64,000 bases of DNA from Carcharhinus amblyrhynchos (taxonomy: Eukaryota): contig OZ336885.1 in assembly GCA_965287045.1 (NCBI GenBank), positions 61,938,001 through 62,002,000 on the forward strand, in the 5' to 3' direction. Made by a program: the position numbers and the translations under genes. The notes beneath the pieces were generated by a model that saw only the letters and a program-made list of their open reading frames with translations, ran no database searches and was not told the DNA's origin. Below, piece by piece: positions 51,101 through 63,601 of this stretch. The first letter of the stretch is position 1. Every line of letters starts with the position of its first letter.

Positions 51101-54100
51101 TGTGGAAACAGGGGCGTGGTGTGGGGGCAGGTTTCTTTGATCTTTTTGGCGTAGCAGTACTGGTGTGAAAGTATCTGTTGTTCTGTGTTCTCATGACTCT
51201 TCAGTTGAAAGAAAAGTCATAGTTTCTGCAACGCTTTCACGATGACTGTTGGACAAACTAGTGAAAACCATCAAAATGTTCCCACTAAAAATAATTATTC
51301 CGTAGTGTTGCAATTGGCTGGAGCCAGAGTTCACAGTTTGTGTTTCAATGAAATTGCATTGCAACTTTCACTCGGGAACTTTAGAAGGCGTTCAGCAGCG
51401 CAACCTGGATTACCCTAGCTGACCACAACAGCAGAAAAGGCAATTTCCTTCCCGTCCACCCCTATTGCAAGCCTCTAATATGGAGAACTTTTAATTTACA
51501 TTCAACTATAGCTTGCTCGCTTTTTAAACATCAATCGACATTTTACTTCGGGGGACTGAATTGTTTCATTTCCTTCTTCATTATCTCGATGCTAAAGAAA
51601 GTAACGTGTTACCGTGATTATTACACATCATGGAAATTCAACGGTTGTTCATCAATTTGTTTGTCCGACAAGAAGGCATTGTTGGAGGTAATGCAATACA
51701 TTAGTCACGTTATTTTTCTTTTGTTCTCACCTTTCCCTTGAAGCTGATCTTTAAGTTTTCTCTGTTCTACGTGGGATAGAAAAGTTCTGGTTTGGTTCGG
51801 GATTCAGCAGATGTGCATCAATTTAAACCTCCCCATCAATTTCCGATTTCAGGCCATTAGCTTCCTGGTTTTTAGAGTTCACAATTTGCAAAATTAACCT
51901 TTGATTTTGTATTCGCAATTTTCTGTTGTAACTGAGAGTGTTGGTCGGCTAAAGTGATGTTTTGCTTCGACAAGATATTCAGTGTTCTCTCCATCTCACA
52001 TTTTGTTATGAAAAATAAAGTCAGGCAGTTAATTCTGCAATCCGCATTGGGTGCGGCACACAACTTTGTGGCTGGCGAATATTATCTTATTATTTCGACT
52101 AAATATCCCTGCTGGCATGAACTTGTTTTGTCATTCACCCAATTGTTCCGTGCCAGATTGCCTCAGTTTTTTTTTATTATTTCTGGCGACGAGTTTCGTC
52201 CTCAATCTAATGTTGCAATACTTAATGTGGATATCTCTAATTATGCAAACAAATGTTTTCTTACATTAGCTGGGTAATAGTCTTATCTTTTGCATGTGAT
52301 TTATTCATTGTATCTACACAGTTCTTCTGTTGCACCAATTTGCACTGCACGATCAATGGGACTCCCACAGTGCGGATTGAGACAATGTGGACTCCTGAGG
52401 TTTCATCAACTCTCTGAAAGAATATCTCACCTACCCCATGAAGCCGCCGAATTCCCCAAATTCGTCACCTGTTATTATAACTTGTGTTGTTCGGAATTCA
52501 ATGAAATTCATGATCAAAAATTTAGTAACGGAACAATTGGAAGATCAACACAGAATCAGATATGGTCACAATGCTTTTATGAAAGATAAATCATGTTTGA
52601 TGTATTGCTAGGTTTTTTCGAATGTGTCAAAGGGAACATGAATAATGGTGTTTCAAAGGGTGCATGATATCTGATCTCGGAAAAGCATTCAAAAGAATGC
52701 CCAGGAAAACATTGATGCACAAGAAAAGTTCACACAGGTGTGGAAGGAATATATCTTCATGAATAGAGATATTCTAACTGACAATATGAGCTAAGAGGGA
52801 TTTTTTTTCTTTCAGTGAGCACACTGAAATTTGTGTGTAGCAGGGTTCGGTCATCTGGCTCCACCTATTTGCAATCTCTTTTAATAAAGCAGGTGAAGGA
52901 AGAGTGCATAGTACAGTCAAATGCGCAGAAGAAAATATATATGTGAATGCAAATTGCTTGAATGTGATAAAAATGCTCATAGTTTTGTACAGATTAGATA
53001 AGTGGACATAAAATTGGCAGGTGAAATTTGGCGTGGATAGTTCTGATGCTGTCTCTTTTGCTAAGAGAAATAAGAATGCCACTTGTTACCGAAAGGGAGA
53101 GTTTGTTAAAAAAAAGTGTTCAATGCAAATGGATTTGGACTTTTTTTTGCATGAATTGGAAAAAAAAGGTACTATTCATGTGCATCAAGTGTTATGAAAG
53201 GCAAATGGGATTTTAGCATTCATTGGCAATGCAAGGAGGTACAGAAGGACAGCGTGTGATTCCAACTGTATTCGGCATTTATGAGGTCACAAACGGAGCA
53301 CGAGAGATAGTATTGACCCATTAACTGGAGGGGAAAAAGACAGTAAATCATGAAGGCTGTTCAGAGAAGAATCGTTAGCTTTATTCCGGGGTGAAGGATT
53401 TTTCATAAGATTAATGATTGCACAACTTAGGCCTATGATCCTGTGAATATTGAAAAAATAGAGAGCTAAATCAGTTTTTTGTTTACGATTCCAAAGTGAT
53501 TGTATTGGCAATTGTAGTGCTACGCGTTCAACCTGTTGTTCATTCTCGAACGAGAGAGCATAACTGAAAGCTAACAGTCACAGATTCAAAACATACATGA
53601 AGAAGTGCTATTTAATTCAAAGAGTTGTTATTTTGAGGAATTCTCCACCGCAGAGTGCACTGGACACTGGAAAACTAAGCAAAGGAGGAGAAAGATGGGT
53701 CGGAACTATTAGCGGAATAATGGGTTATTGGGAGAGCTCAGGAAAGACAATCTGAGGGACAGATAAGATTAGATATGATCGTACTGAATGGCAGAGTAGG
53801 CTTTCTTATCACTTGCTTCACATGAATACTAACTTTCTCCAAATCATGTACAAGGATATCCAAAATCATTTGCATTTTTTTTGGTTATACTTTCTGTCCA
53901 TTTCGGTAACAGGTGGCATTTTTATTTGTCTTACCGAAAACAAAAGACAACATCAGAACTTGACTCGTCAAATTCCATTTGCCAGTTTTAGACCCGCTTA
54001 CTTAACCTGTACAAAACAATTTGCATTTTGTTTTTACCACATTAAAGAACTTGCATTCACACGAAGAACCAGATTGCCTATCGTATGTCCTAATTCATGT

Positions 54101-56624
54101 TCTCCTGTACAGTGGAACACACAGATACCTGTCACAGCCCAACGTGCATAAACAACTTTGGAGATCCCATCAGGCACTTCCGCGAAACACTTCACATGAG
54201 ACCACATTTTGCATCCAAAATAACTCTCAATAGCATACTAAATGGGTGTGATTCATTTCGAATTCAGCAACATGTGAGTAAAACATTCAGGGAAACACCA
54301 GAGAATGAGAGACAATGCAAATATATATTTGTTTTTATTCTTCCATGTTTTAAACATTCCTTTGGTGTTCCGTGGAATTCAGTTGAAATGATTTGGAACG
54401 AATTAAAACCCATATTGGAAATCCTTCATATTGCAATGAATTAATCATATCAGAAGAGGAAAGTCATATTTCTCACCGTGTTTGATGTTCACTTTTTTCC
54501 CGTCTAGTGGGACGTACAGAAGTCATAGCATTGAAGAAATCAATGAAAATCGTGCAGCTTCTCAGGATCAAATTGTTGCCATGGCTGTATAGCTAAAACC
54601 ATTTTTTTTGACGTGATGTTATCACGAAGAAATCATGACGACATTTGTGTTTTTTTTTATTCCGGCGTCTCACTTAGGCAGCTGTTAACATAGAAGGGAG
54701 GCAGAATCCTTACCTACAGGCAAGTTAGCCGGCTGAATTTTCTTGGATCAATGTTGGCATCAATAATTGAGGAAGTGAGGAAACAAACAATAAAAACCGG
54801 AATCTGATGAAAATTGCGTTAACAAGACTTTATCAAAGGGACATTATGTGCGAAAATGTAATCGTATTTTAACGACTATATTACCACTGGAATGTAATGA
54901 CGGAACAAGTAGAAATCTACTTGTTCTGATCTTTGATCTTCCAAACGTCAGGTCACTGATGCTTAAATTGTAAGAACCCACGGTATGAGACGTAGTTAAT
55001 TAACATCGAACGAGAATTGATAAATGTGCTCGCAACAGATCAGGAGATTACGCCACAATTTGCAGTTTAGCGACATGCTACCAGTGGGTTTATGCACTGA
55101 TCTGCGCCGGAACAACAACGTTTTAGAAGATATAAGTTATTTGGAGGAAGGAAGTGAATGTACTGCAGCAAAATTCGCAATACATTGAAAGATTTGTGAG
55201 GCTTCAGGATATTTGACAAGATACTGGTTTCTAACAGAGTATTACTGAAATTCAGAGAGAGAAAAACTGCAGAATGATATCACCCGAAATGAATTGTGGA
55301 TGCTTGCGCATGGACCACAGAACGTTTTCACACAACTACAACAACTATACAAAGAACATCTTGGAATGGTGGCCATTACATTGAGGTGGTTGGTGTAAAA
55401 AGAATGTGGCGACATCCACCTGCAGCTCTGCATTGGTAATATTGTGTGCTGTTATCATCCCCTGATATAACGAAATGTAATGCATTATTGAAGACAGTTC
55501 AGAGAAGCTATATGAGGGTGATTTGAGATGTGTAGCGATTGTCTGACGAGGAAAGGTTAAACATGTTAGGACTCCTTGAAGTTTGAAAGAAGCCAAGGTG
55601 ATCTTCATTCAAACATATCGCATTCTTAAAAGACTTGGCAGAATTACCGAGGAACAAAAGGCATTATCTCTGAAAAAACGATCGCATATATGTTACTCAG
55701 GTGAGGAAGAATTTATTCCATCAAAAAAAGGGAACTTTACAAAGTCCTTGCAGCAGAGAACTGTGCAGAAGAGTCCTTGTGTATGAGACTGAGTTGCATT
55801 TTTTTTTAAATAATGAAATTAAGGTATACGGTGAAAGTATAGGCAAGTGATAATCAGGAACATCGCTTCAGTACTGAAAGGCAGACCAGATTCTGGGGGA
55901 TTATGAACAGTGATATTTATCATGAAGCTTTACTCTTACTCTTTTAACCACTCTTTTTTTTTCTACCAAGCGAAAATGAAGTTAGGCCATGCAAATGTAA
56001 GGTTGATGTTGATGTTCAAAAGGACAGATAAGATTAGATATGATCATACTGAATGGCAGAGGAGGCTTTCCTATCACTTGCTGCACATGAATACTAACTT
56101 TCTCCAAATCATGTACAAGGATATCCAAAGCCATTTGTTTTTTTTTGCTTTTACTTTCTGTCCATTTCGGTAACAGGTGGCATTTTTATTTGTCTCAACG
56201 AAAAAAACACATCGTCAGAACTAGACACGTCTAATTCTAGTTGCCAGTTTTAGGCCCACTTCCTTAACCTGTACAAAACAATTTGCATTTTGTTTTTATC
56301 ACATTAAAGAACTTGCATTCACACGAAGAACCAGATTGCCTATCGTATGTCTTAATTCATGTTCTCCTGTACAGTGGAACACACAGATACCTGTAACAGC
56401 CCAACGTGCACACACAACTATGGAGATCCCATCAGGCACTTCCGTTAGACACTTCACATAAGAACACATTTTGCATCCAATATAACTGACAATAGCATAC
56501 TAAGTCGGTGTGATTCATTTGCAATTCAGCAACACGTGAGTAAAGCATTCAGTGAACAGTCAGAGAATGAGAGGCAGTGCAAATGTGTTTTTTTTTAGTC
56601 TTCCGTGTTTTAAACATTCCTTTA

Positions 56625-57020
56625 CGTATAAGATGTTGAATGGCATGGATAGGATAGAGGTGGATAGGCTCTTCCCGCTCGGGAAGGACAGTAGGTCTAG
56701 AGGGCACAGCCTCAGGATAAAGGGCGGGGGGCGGGGGGGGGGGTGGCGGTTTAGAACGGAGTTGAGGAGGAACTTCTTCCCTCAAAGGGTGGTGAATCTC
56801 TGGAATTCTCTGCCTGTTGAAGTGGTGGAGGCTGCCTCGCTCAATATTTTTAAGACGCGGGTAGATAGATTTTTGATAGGCAAGGGGATTAAGGGTTATG
56901 GGGACAAGGCGGGAAAGTGGAACTGAGCCACTTCAGATCAGCCATGATCATATTGAATGGCGATGCAGGCTCGAAGGGCTAGATGACCTACTCCTCCTCC
57001 TATTCCTTATGTTCTTATAT
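56625..57020 (+). mobile_element. Young CR1 3' fragment at the duplication boundary
   Basis: TYKMLNGMDRIEVDRLFP...RVVNLWNSLP; same family as 29975-31690. Confidence 0.93.
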
Positions 57021-57849
57021 TGCGTATCCACAAATGTTGGTCATAAGATCGGATAATGATAAATATTATGCAATATTCAAGGGATATAGAAACTCATGTT
57101 TTTTTTTTGTTTTTACGTTTTTGCTTGTGAGGGAGTTAAAGATGAAAAGTCCGGAAATGTTTGTTCCTTGAAACTACATTAAGGAGCAAATATGGACAAT
57201 GGCCATCGGACAACTGCATTCATCCGTCCTGATTTGATAATTTGTGCTTTCTTTAAACGTCTATTCCCAACTTGCCTGACTTGCCACCAGAATCTGTCAT
57301 CCCCGACATAATCTGCTGGCTGCTTCCAGCCCCGCTAGTCCACAATCTCAGCTGTTGTCTGAGCCACCCATGACCACCTGGTCCAGATTGATTGTAAACA
57401 TTTGGCAAGCCTCAGCAATTGAATTGAATTGGCAATTGAAACGATAACGCCGTCACCTCTGACTTTCAACAAATCGCCTCAGGCGTGTTCTTTCCACACT
57501 ACATTTTCATATTTTAACATGCCATGTTACTACCTCATCTACATAACTCGCTCACTATTTCCCTACTAACAAAAAGTGGAATCAGATTTACATACCGGCC
57601 TTCGACCCATCTTTACAATGTTTTCTATACTTCTCAGATGTTTAATTGTATTGGAATACGGCAGCTAGAATACTGTGACATTTCCTGTTCAACACATTCA
57701 ACCGATGAAGACATTCTTAACATTTTTTGTGGATGTTCGCTTCAGGTGTACGAGCTAGATTCCCAGCACAATGGAATTAAGTTTAACTTATGTAGCAACC
57801 CGACAATGATTTTCTTTCATCGGAAGGGAAGGTCCAAATATATTTTCAA

Positions 57850-58170
57850 AGAACAAAGAACAAAATCAGCCCGGGAAACAGGCCATTCGGCCCAACGAGC
57901 CCGCGCCGCCATCTCAACACCACCAGTCCACCTCTCTACCCACGACCCCTATCTAATGTTTTATGGCCATCCAGATTGACAGAAACTGATTTAGGGACAA
58001 ATTATTCCTGCCAATCAGCCTAACAGCACATCTTTGGGGTGTGGGAGGAAACCGGAGCACCCGGAGAAAACCCACGCAAGCACGAGGAGAATGTGCAAAC
58101 TCCCACAGACACCGGCCCAAATCCATGCGTCTGCACAGCAATCAGCGATAATCACCGAGCTGTCGTCTTG
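57850..58170 (-). mobile_element. tRNA-derived SINE
   Basis: GAACAAAGAACAAA tail; CACATCTTTGGGGTGTGGGAGGAAACCGGAGCACCCGGAGAAAACCCACGCA core. Confidence 0.85.
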
Positions 58171-58389
58171 CCCAGTATCTTATCCAGTTTAGGCACACAC
58201 TAACGACATGAAGCACTAGGCCAATCTCGAACAACCAAGAGCAGCCCCAGTACGACCCATCGCGTGTATGCCCCTCGTTGGACACGAGGTGGACCGACTT
58301 AAAACCTGTGAATGAAAAGAGAAAAACATTATTATTATACTATACCCATTTACATTACCAGGGACGTCCCAATGCAAACGGCCCTTATT

Positions 58390-58672
58390 TAAAAGTTTCT
58401 CCTATACCCACCCATCTCCAACTCAGTCATGTGCCTGTCTAAGTTACTCTTAAAGGACTCTAGCGTGTTTGCCTCCACCACCTTACTTGGCAGAGCATTC
58501 CATACCCCCACTACCCTCTGTATGAAAAACCTCCCTCTAGTATCTGTGTTGTACCGCTCCCCCCTCACCTTAAGTCCATGGCCCCTTGTCCTACGTGTCT
58601 CGATTATAGGAAATAGCTTACCTCTGTTTACTCTATCTATACCCTTCATAATTTTGTATACCTCTATTAGAT
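58390..58672 (-). mobile_element. CR1 3' fragment
   Basis: LIEVYKIMKGIDRV...RGHGLKV...FIQRVVGVWNALP. Confidence 0.9.
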
Positions 58673-60092
58673 TTTCAAGCCTCGTTGCTATCTCGAGCAC
58701 GATTTCAAACATTCTCCATGATTTTTATCATGATTTTTGGTGGATATCGCGTATACTTCAAAGGATAAAATGGATAACGTTTGAGTTAAGTCATCTGGCA
58801 CTTCAACATAAATGTACTAAATAAATAAATACGTAAACAATGACACACGAAATAAAACTTTCCAGTTCGACATAGCGTTATCTGAAAAATATAATGGTCT
58901 TGATTTTGGAAAAAAAAATATTGGGGCCGAACACAGAGAGAAGAAGGTGTTAGATGAACGAGTAACATCTGTACACAGTGTGTCGCTTGTTTGACACTCT
59001 TCTGACGAATAGAACCATTAAGTAGATGCACTACAGGCACTGTTTTGGGAAGGGAGATAATCTTCGAAATGATGTGCATATTGTCGTGTTTTGCAGAAAT
59101 AAATGTCTATAGATTTGGCCCTAAAGGCGTGAAAAATGTCAGAGTTGCGTGTTTGAGGGGTACGTAATCGACGATAGCCTGTCCGAGTATTATCAGTTAC
59201 GCAGGTCGAGGCATGGTGTTGCTGATCTTTCCCGGAAGAAGGTCTTCCGTGCTAGGAGTGTTCCGGTGTTCATGATTGCTCATCTTCCTTAAATCGTCAC
59301 GATACGTCACCAGGTGTTCTTAACCATTGCTCAATGTCTATCATTAAAAATGTGCTAAATGATTCGAATTTCATTTCTAAAATACAGACATTAAACTAAA
59401 TATCGTTCGCTTAATTCAAGGTAAACTTCATCAGTATGGGTTTTAGATTGCATAGCTATACTCATGTGAACTTAAATTTGCTGCGTGATTTTGTTATATA
59501 TGGGTCGGAAATATGAAATCGGAACATAATTTGTCTCTTGAGACACACGAGCAGGAATGGCACCTCGTTTACACCTATTGTCGGATATTTCCGTGCATTA
59601 TGCTGGATGTCGCACATATTGTTTTTCAAGTTTTCCATGGTTTACTTGCTGACTCCATTTGGTTAAAAAAAAATCATCGGTTCACGAGAGAGATGGAATT
59701 CAATATTCGAAGAAGAGGGATAGAAGTCTTGCCCAGGCAGGGCAACATTTTTTTTTGCGTATGATGTTCACTATGCAGATAACTGTAAGGCGCATGAACG
59801 TCAGGTAGTGTTTTTTTTTCAGTTTAATCTTAGGTATCCTCATTATTTATTTCTGATTCCATACTTCTGTTTCCAACATTAACGTACAGACCCTCTGATA
59901 AAAATAACGCATTTTTTTTTCATAAATGCCACTCTTAATTGGCCATTGATGTTTAATGAAACATGGACAGAGATACAGATCCATGCTAATTGGGAAAGAG
60001 GAGACAAAACGTCAATTTGTATGCTTTGTCAGTTTTGACAAAGGTAAAATTAAAGGTATAGTCGCATTTGATTACATGAGATTGGTGGAAAC

Positions 60093-60789
60093 TGTCGTGG
60101 TTCCCCAAGACGACAACTTATTTAACCCGATTGAAACAGAGAGTCTGAGTTGTAATCCTCCAAGCAGTAGACTTTATTTTCCAGTACAAGAGAAATAAAG
60201 CCGGGAGGTCCGGAACACTCCAACGAGCCATCGGCTTACAGTCTTTTTAAGCACATTTCAGCTCCATACCTCAAGATCCTTATCTCGCTTTTACGACCCA
60301 CTGACCCTTTATCTGTTTTGCTTGAGATTGGTCACTCCCTGTTTCCTCTCTTTTCTTCTTGAAACCATGGTGGTTACATCCCTTGCTTTTATCTTTACGA
60401 CTCTGCTTGTACACTAATAGTGGTTTAGCTGACTTAGGCCGAATGTGACGAAAAACATGCTCACTTTATTACTTCCTTTTTATTACGGTCAATCTCAAGC
60501 TGGACAGCTGGGTTGTGTCCATTGTCCCCTAAGGGACTATTGGTTGCATTTGCTAGTAAGTAACTGCTATACTGCTTCTCTGGGCCTCCTGCTTTGATCA
60601 CATTTGCTACACTTGATTATATTAGGTTACAAATCAGCTATACTTGATTACCCATCCTAATTCTACTTCAAGGAAGACATTCTAATACTATCCGTGATTC
60701 CGTATTTCATATCCAGTTTAGGTACAATTATTCAGTACAAATTCTCTAAGTACTAACATGCTTACATATTGAGTACAAATTTCCTTACA
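60093..60789 (-). repeat. ERV-B 3' LTR (~697 bp)
   Basis: Follows PPT AAAGGGGGGATA (60801-60790); starts TGTAAGGAAATT; AATAAA 60178-60173; ends CCACGACA, similar to the ERV-A end CCTCGACA. Confidence 0.8.
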
Positions 60790-61147
60790 TATCCCCCCTT
60801 TGAGACTATCCCCTAGTCTCATCCCAATTACCAAGGCCAGCTCAGATAGTCCCCCTTGTTTGACCCCGTTCACATGCACATATTTAATCACACTTGTAGG
60901 CAACGTGGGGGAGCCAAGTACTTTGGTCAGGGATCAATGTCCCCATTCTAGTCTTATCATGGCTTGTCTAGCAAAAGTCCTGATTTTTAGGTTGCTCCCC
61001 CAGATTGCCTGCCCCTAACAGTCATCAGCCAAAAACCTTCCCACCCTTGTCTAGGGAAGGGAAAAAGACTGATTCCTGTGTACAGACTAAGTCTCTTGGT
61101 CTCCGTAGGCATCGGTGAGGTTGTAGAACGATCCTCCACTAGTGCAG

Positions 61148-61438
61148 CTATTTCGCAAACTGACAGGTTTCAATTTCGACCAGGGTCATTGTGAATTCAT
61201 CCAGCGGGGGCAGTTCAATGTTTCCCCATTCCTTAGTTGTCCCTCCCGAACGTGGGTTGCCTGTCACTTGTGTCACCATTTGTCGCACTGCCAATCTAGC
61301 AAGGAGGGATCTCAAGACAGGTAAAAAACAGCAAAATATTAATCCCAGGATGGTTATTGTCATGGCTGTCACAACTCCAGCTTTAGCAAACCAGGCCCCC
61401 ATCTTCCTAACATATTGTCCAGCCAATTCCATACCCCA
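61148..61438 (-). pseudogene. env: ERV-B env C-terminal remnant (membrane-proximal region, TM, tail)
   Basis: GVWNWLDNMLGRWG, then a frameshift into AWFAKAGVVTAMTITILGLIFCCFLPVLRSLL. Confidence 0.85.
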
Positions 61439-63581
61439 TTGTGACTGTGGCTGCCTTTTCGTATGCCCACCAAGCTGCTGCCAGACCTTGATAGCAAGGA
61501 GGATACCCCATTGCTACGTCGTCTAGCTTGGTGCTGTAATATGCTACAGCCTGCCTTCGTTTGCCCTTGCAATTTTCCTGCATTAACACTGCTGTAGCAA
61601 ACCCTGCTTCTCTGTTACTCACAAATAATTCAAAAGGTTTGTCATAGGTTGGTAAAGCCAATGCTGGTGCCTGTGCCATTTCTTTCTTTATATTCTCAAA
61701 TGCTTCTGAAGCATCTTTGTCCCATTTTAGTTTGGCTTTTAATTCTTCACACCCTGCCTCTTGCATTATCTTTCGTAGTGCCTGTGTTTTTTCTGCATAG
61801 CTTTCCACCCATTCGGAACTGAATCCTGTCATTCCCAAAAATGTCATCATTTGCCCCACCGTCTGTGGTTTCGGAACTTTTAATACTGCTTCTATTTGCT
61901 GTGAAACTATCCCCTTGTGCCCTGCTGATATCTCTCTCCCCAAGTATTCTACTTTTTCCTGGCACAACTGCAGCTTTTTCCTGGATACTTTGTGACCCCC
62001 TTCTGCTAATCTTTCGAATAGTTTTAAACTGTCCTTCCTGCATTGCTCTCTTGTCTCTGCGCATAATAATAAATCATCCACATACTGTATCAATGTTCCC
62101 TCCAACTGTATCCCCTCCAAATCTGCCCTCAACACCTGGTTGAATGCATGTGGGGAATGCTTGAATCCTTGGGGCATCCTGTTATACGTGTATTGTTTCC
62201 CTTCAAACGTAAATGCAAAGAGATACTGGCTTTCTTGGGCTAGCGGCACGCTAAAAAATGCTGAGCATAGGTCTACTACAGTGAACCATCTGCTTTCAGG
62301 CGGTATATTAGTCAACAGGGTGTAGGGGTTGGGAACCTCTACTGGCATGTCTTCCACTACCTCATTTACTGCCCTCAAGTCATGCACCAATCTCCATTTT
62401 TCCCCATCCGCCTTTTTTACCGGTAGCAGTGGTGTGTTACACTTGCTCCGAGTTTCCTTTAATACCCCTGCTTCTATCAGTCCCCTAATTGTTCCTCTAA
62501 TTCCCTCAATTGCTTCTGCCTTAATCGGATACTGTGGTCTGTAAGGTCCTTGTCGTCCGGTCTTTAGTCTAACCTCCACTGGATTAGCATTTCTAACCCT
62601 CCCCACATCAGTGTCCTGTCTGGACCACAACTCCTGTGGGAGGGAATTCAAATCCTCTTCTAAGCTCTCTCTCCACTCCTGCTCCTGCTTCTCAATCTCT
62701 GCCTCTATTTTTACCTGTTTTGTCTTCCCGATCATTTTAACATCCACGATTATCTTCAACATTTGTCCATTACTGGACGTCCAAATATCTACGTTTTCTG
62801 TCTGAACAAATTCTAATTCCCGTGCCCTCAGTACCATTGGTCCTAGGTCTTTTGATCTGTGTCCCGGATTCACTTTTAATGTAACATGTGGTTCCGACCC
62901 AGATACAGAGAACCATTTGTTAACCCATTCATCCCTCACGACCGTGAGGGCCGCTCCCTCTGGGCCAACTAAAATACTTTCCGACCTTATCTCCTGTTCT
63001 CGTCCTGCCTCCTTTTCCCATTTCTCCTGTATCTCGGGTTTCTGTTCTTCATCAAATATCATTGTGCTGTGCAGTTCTGTCCTTGGCCATTCGGCCTGTG
63101 GAACCCAAGTATCTATCAGCTCCCCCCAAACTTCCCATACCTGTTTTTTAACTTGCTCCTCTATGTCTCCCAACCAGTACACATTAACCCCTTCCTTTCC
63201 TGGTACTCCGAGTAAATACACTCCCATCAAACCAATTCCTTGTTCTGTACATTCTAATTTTAGTCCTAAACCTAAGATTGCATCTCTTCCTAATAAATTT
63301 AATGGCGTTCTATCACACACTAATATAGGTACATGAGTAGTTTTGCTTCCAATGGTGACAGGTACCGGCGTTGTCATCTGAGTTAACGTTACTTTCCCCG
63401 AGAACCCCACAGTTTTCACAAACTGGTTTGATAATGGTAGGTGATTCGCATATTTTGTTTGTATGCACGTACACGTGGCGCCGGTGTCTATCATCATGGG
63501 GACCTCAACCCCTCCTACTCTAACACTAATTATGGGTTCCTGATCTGCTGTATCTGTTATTTGTACGTACTGTCCTACCAT
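61432..63581 (-). pseudogene. pol: ERV-B pro-pol (protease, 2H-like domain, RT, connection), truncated by deletion
   Basis: Open ORF 61407-63581: MIDTGA, NLLGRD, MPQG, YVDD (62084-62073), VAYYS; RNase H and integrase absent. Confidence 0.95.
62720..63190 (-). other. Putative 2H phosphoesterase domain in ERV-B Pol
   Basis: LHSTM (His 63071-63069) and PHVTL (His 62888-62886), 61 aa apart. Confidence 0.82.
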
Positions 63582-63601
63582 TTCAGGGTTCTCTGGGCCC
63601 C

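Larger units (their letters stand above)
38415..56625. repeat. Complex tandem segmental duplication
   Basis: ~2.3 kb module repeated 4 times (starts ~38415, 44984, 47335, 49893); ~4 kb extension in 2 copies (40790-44700 and 52040-56020); extra copy 56020-56625 of 53757-54362; roughly 85-90% identity by eye. Confidence 0.95.

Noticed and set aside
38415-56625. Recurring 60-250 aa ORFs in the duplicated modules treated as a gene family
   Set aside because: Stops and frames differ between copies; several are CR1 3' remnants or simply reflect DNA duplication
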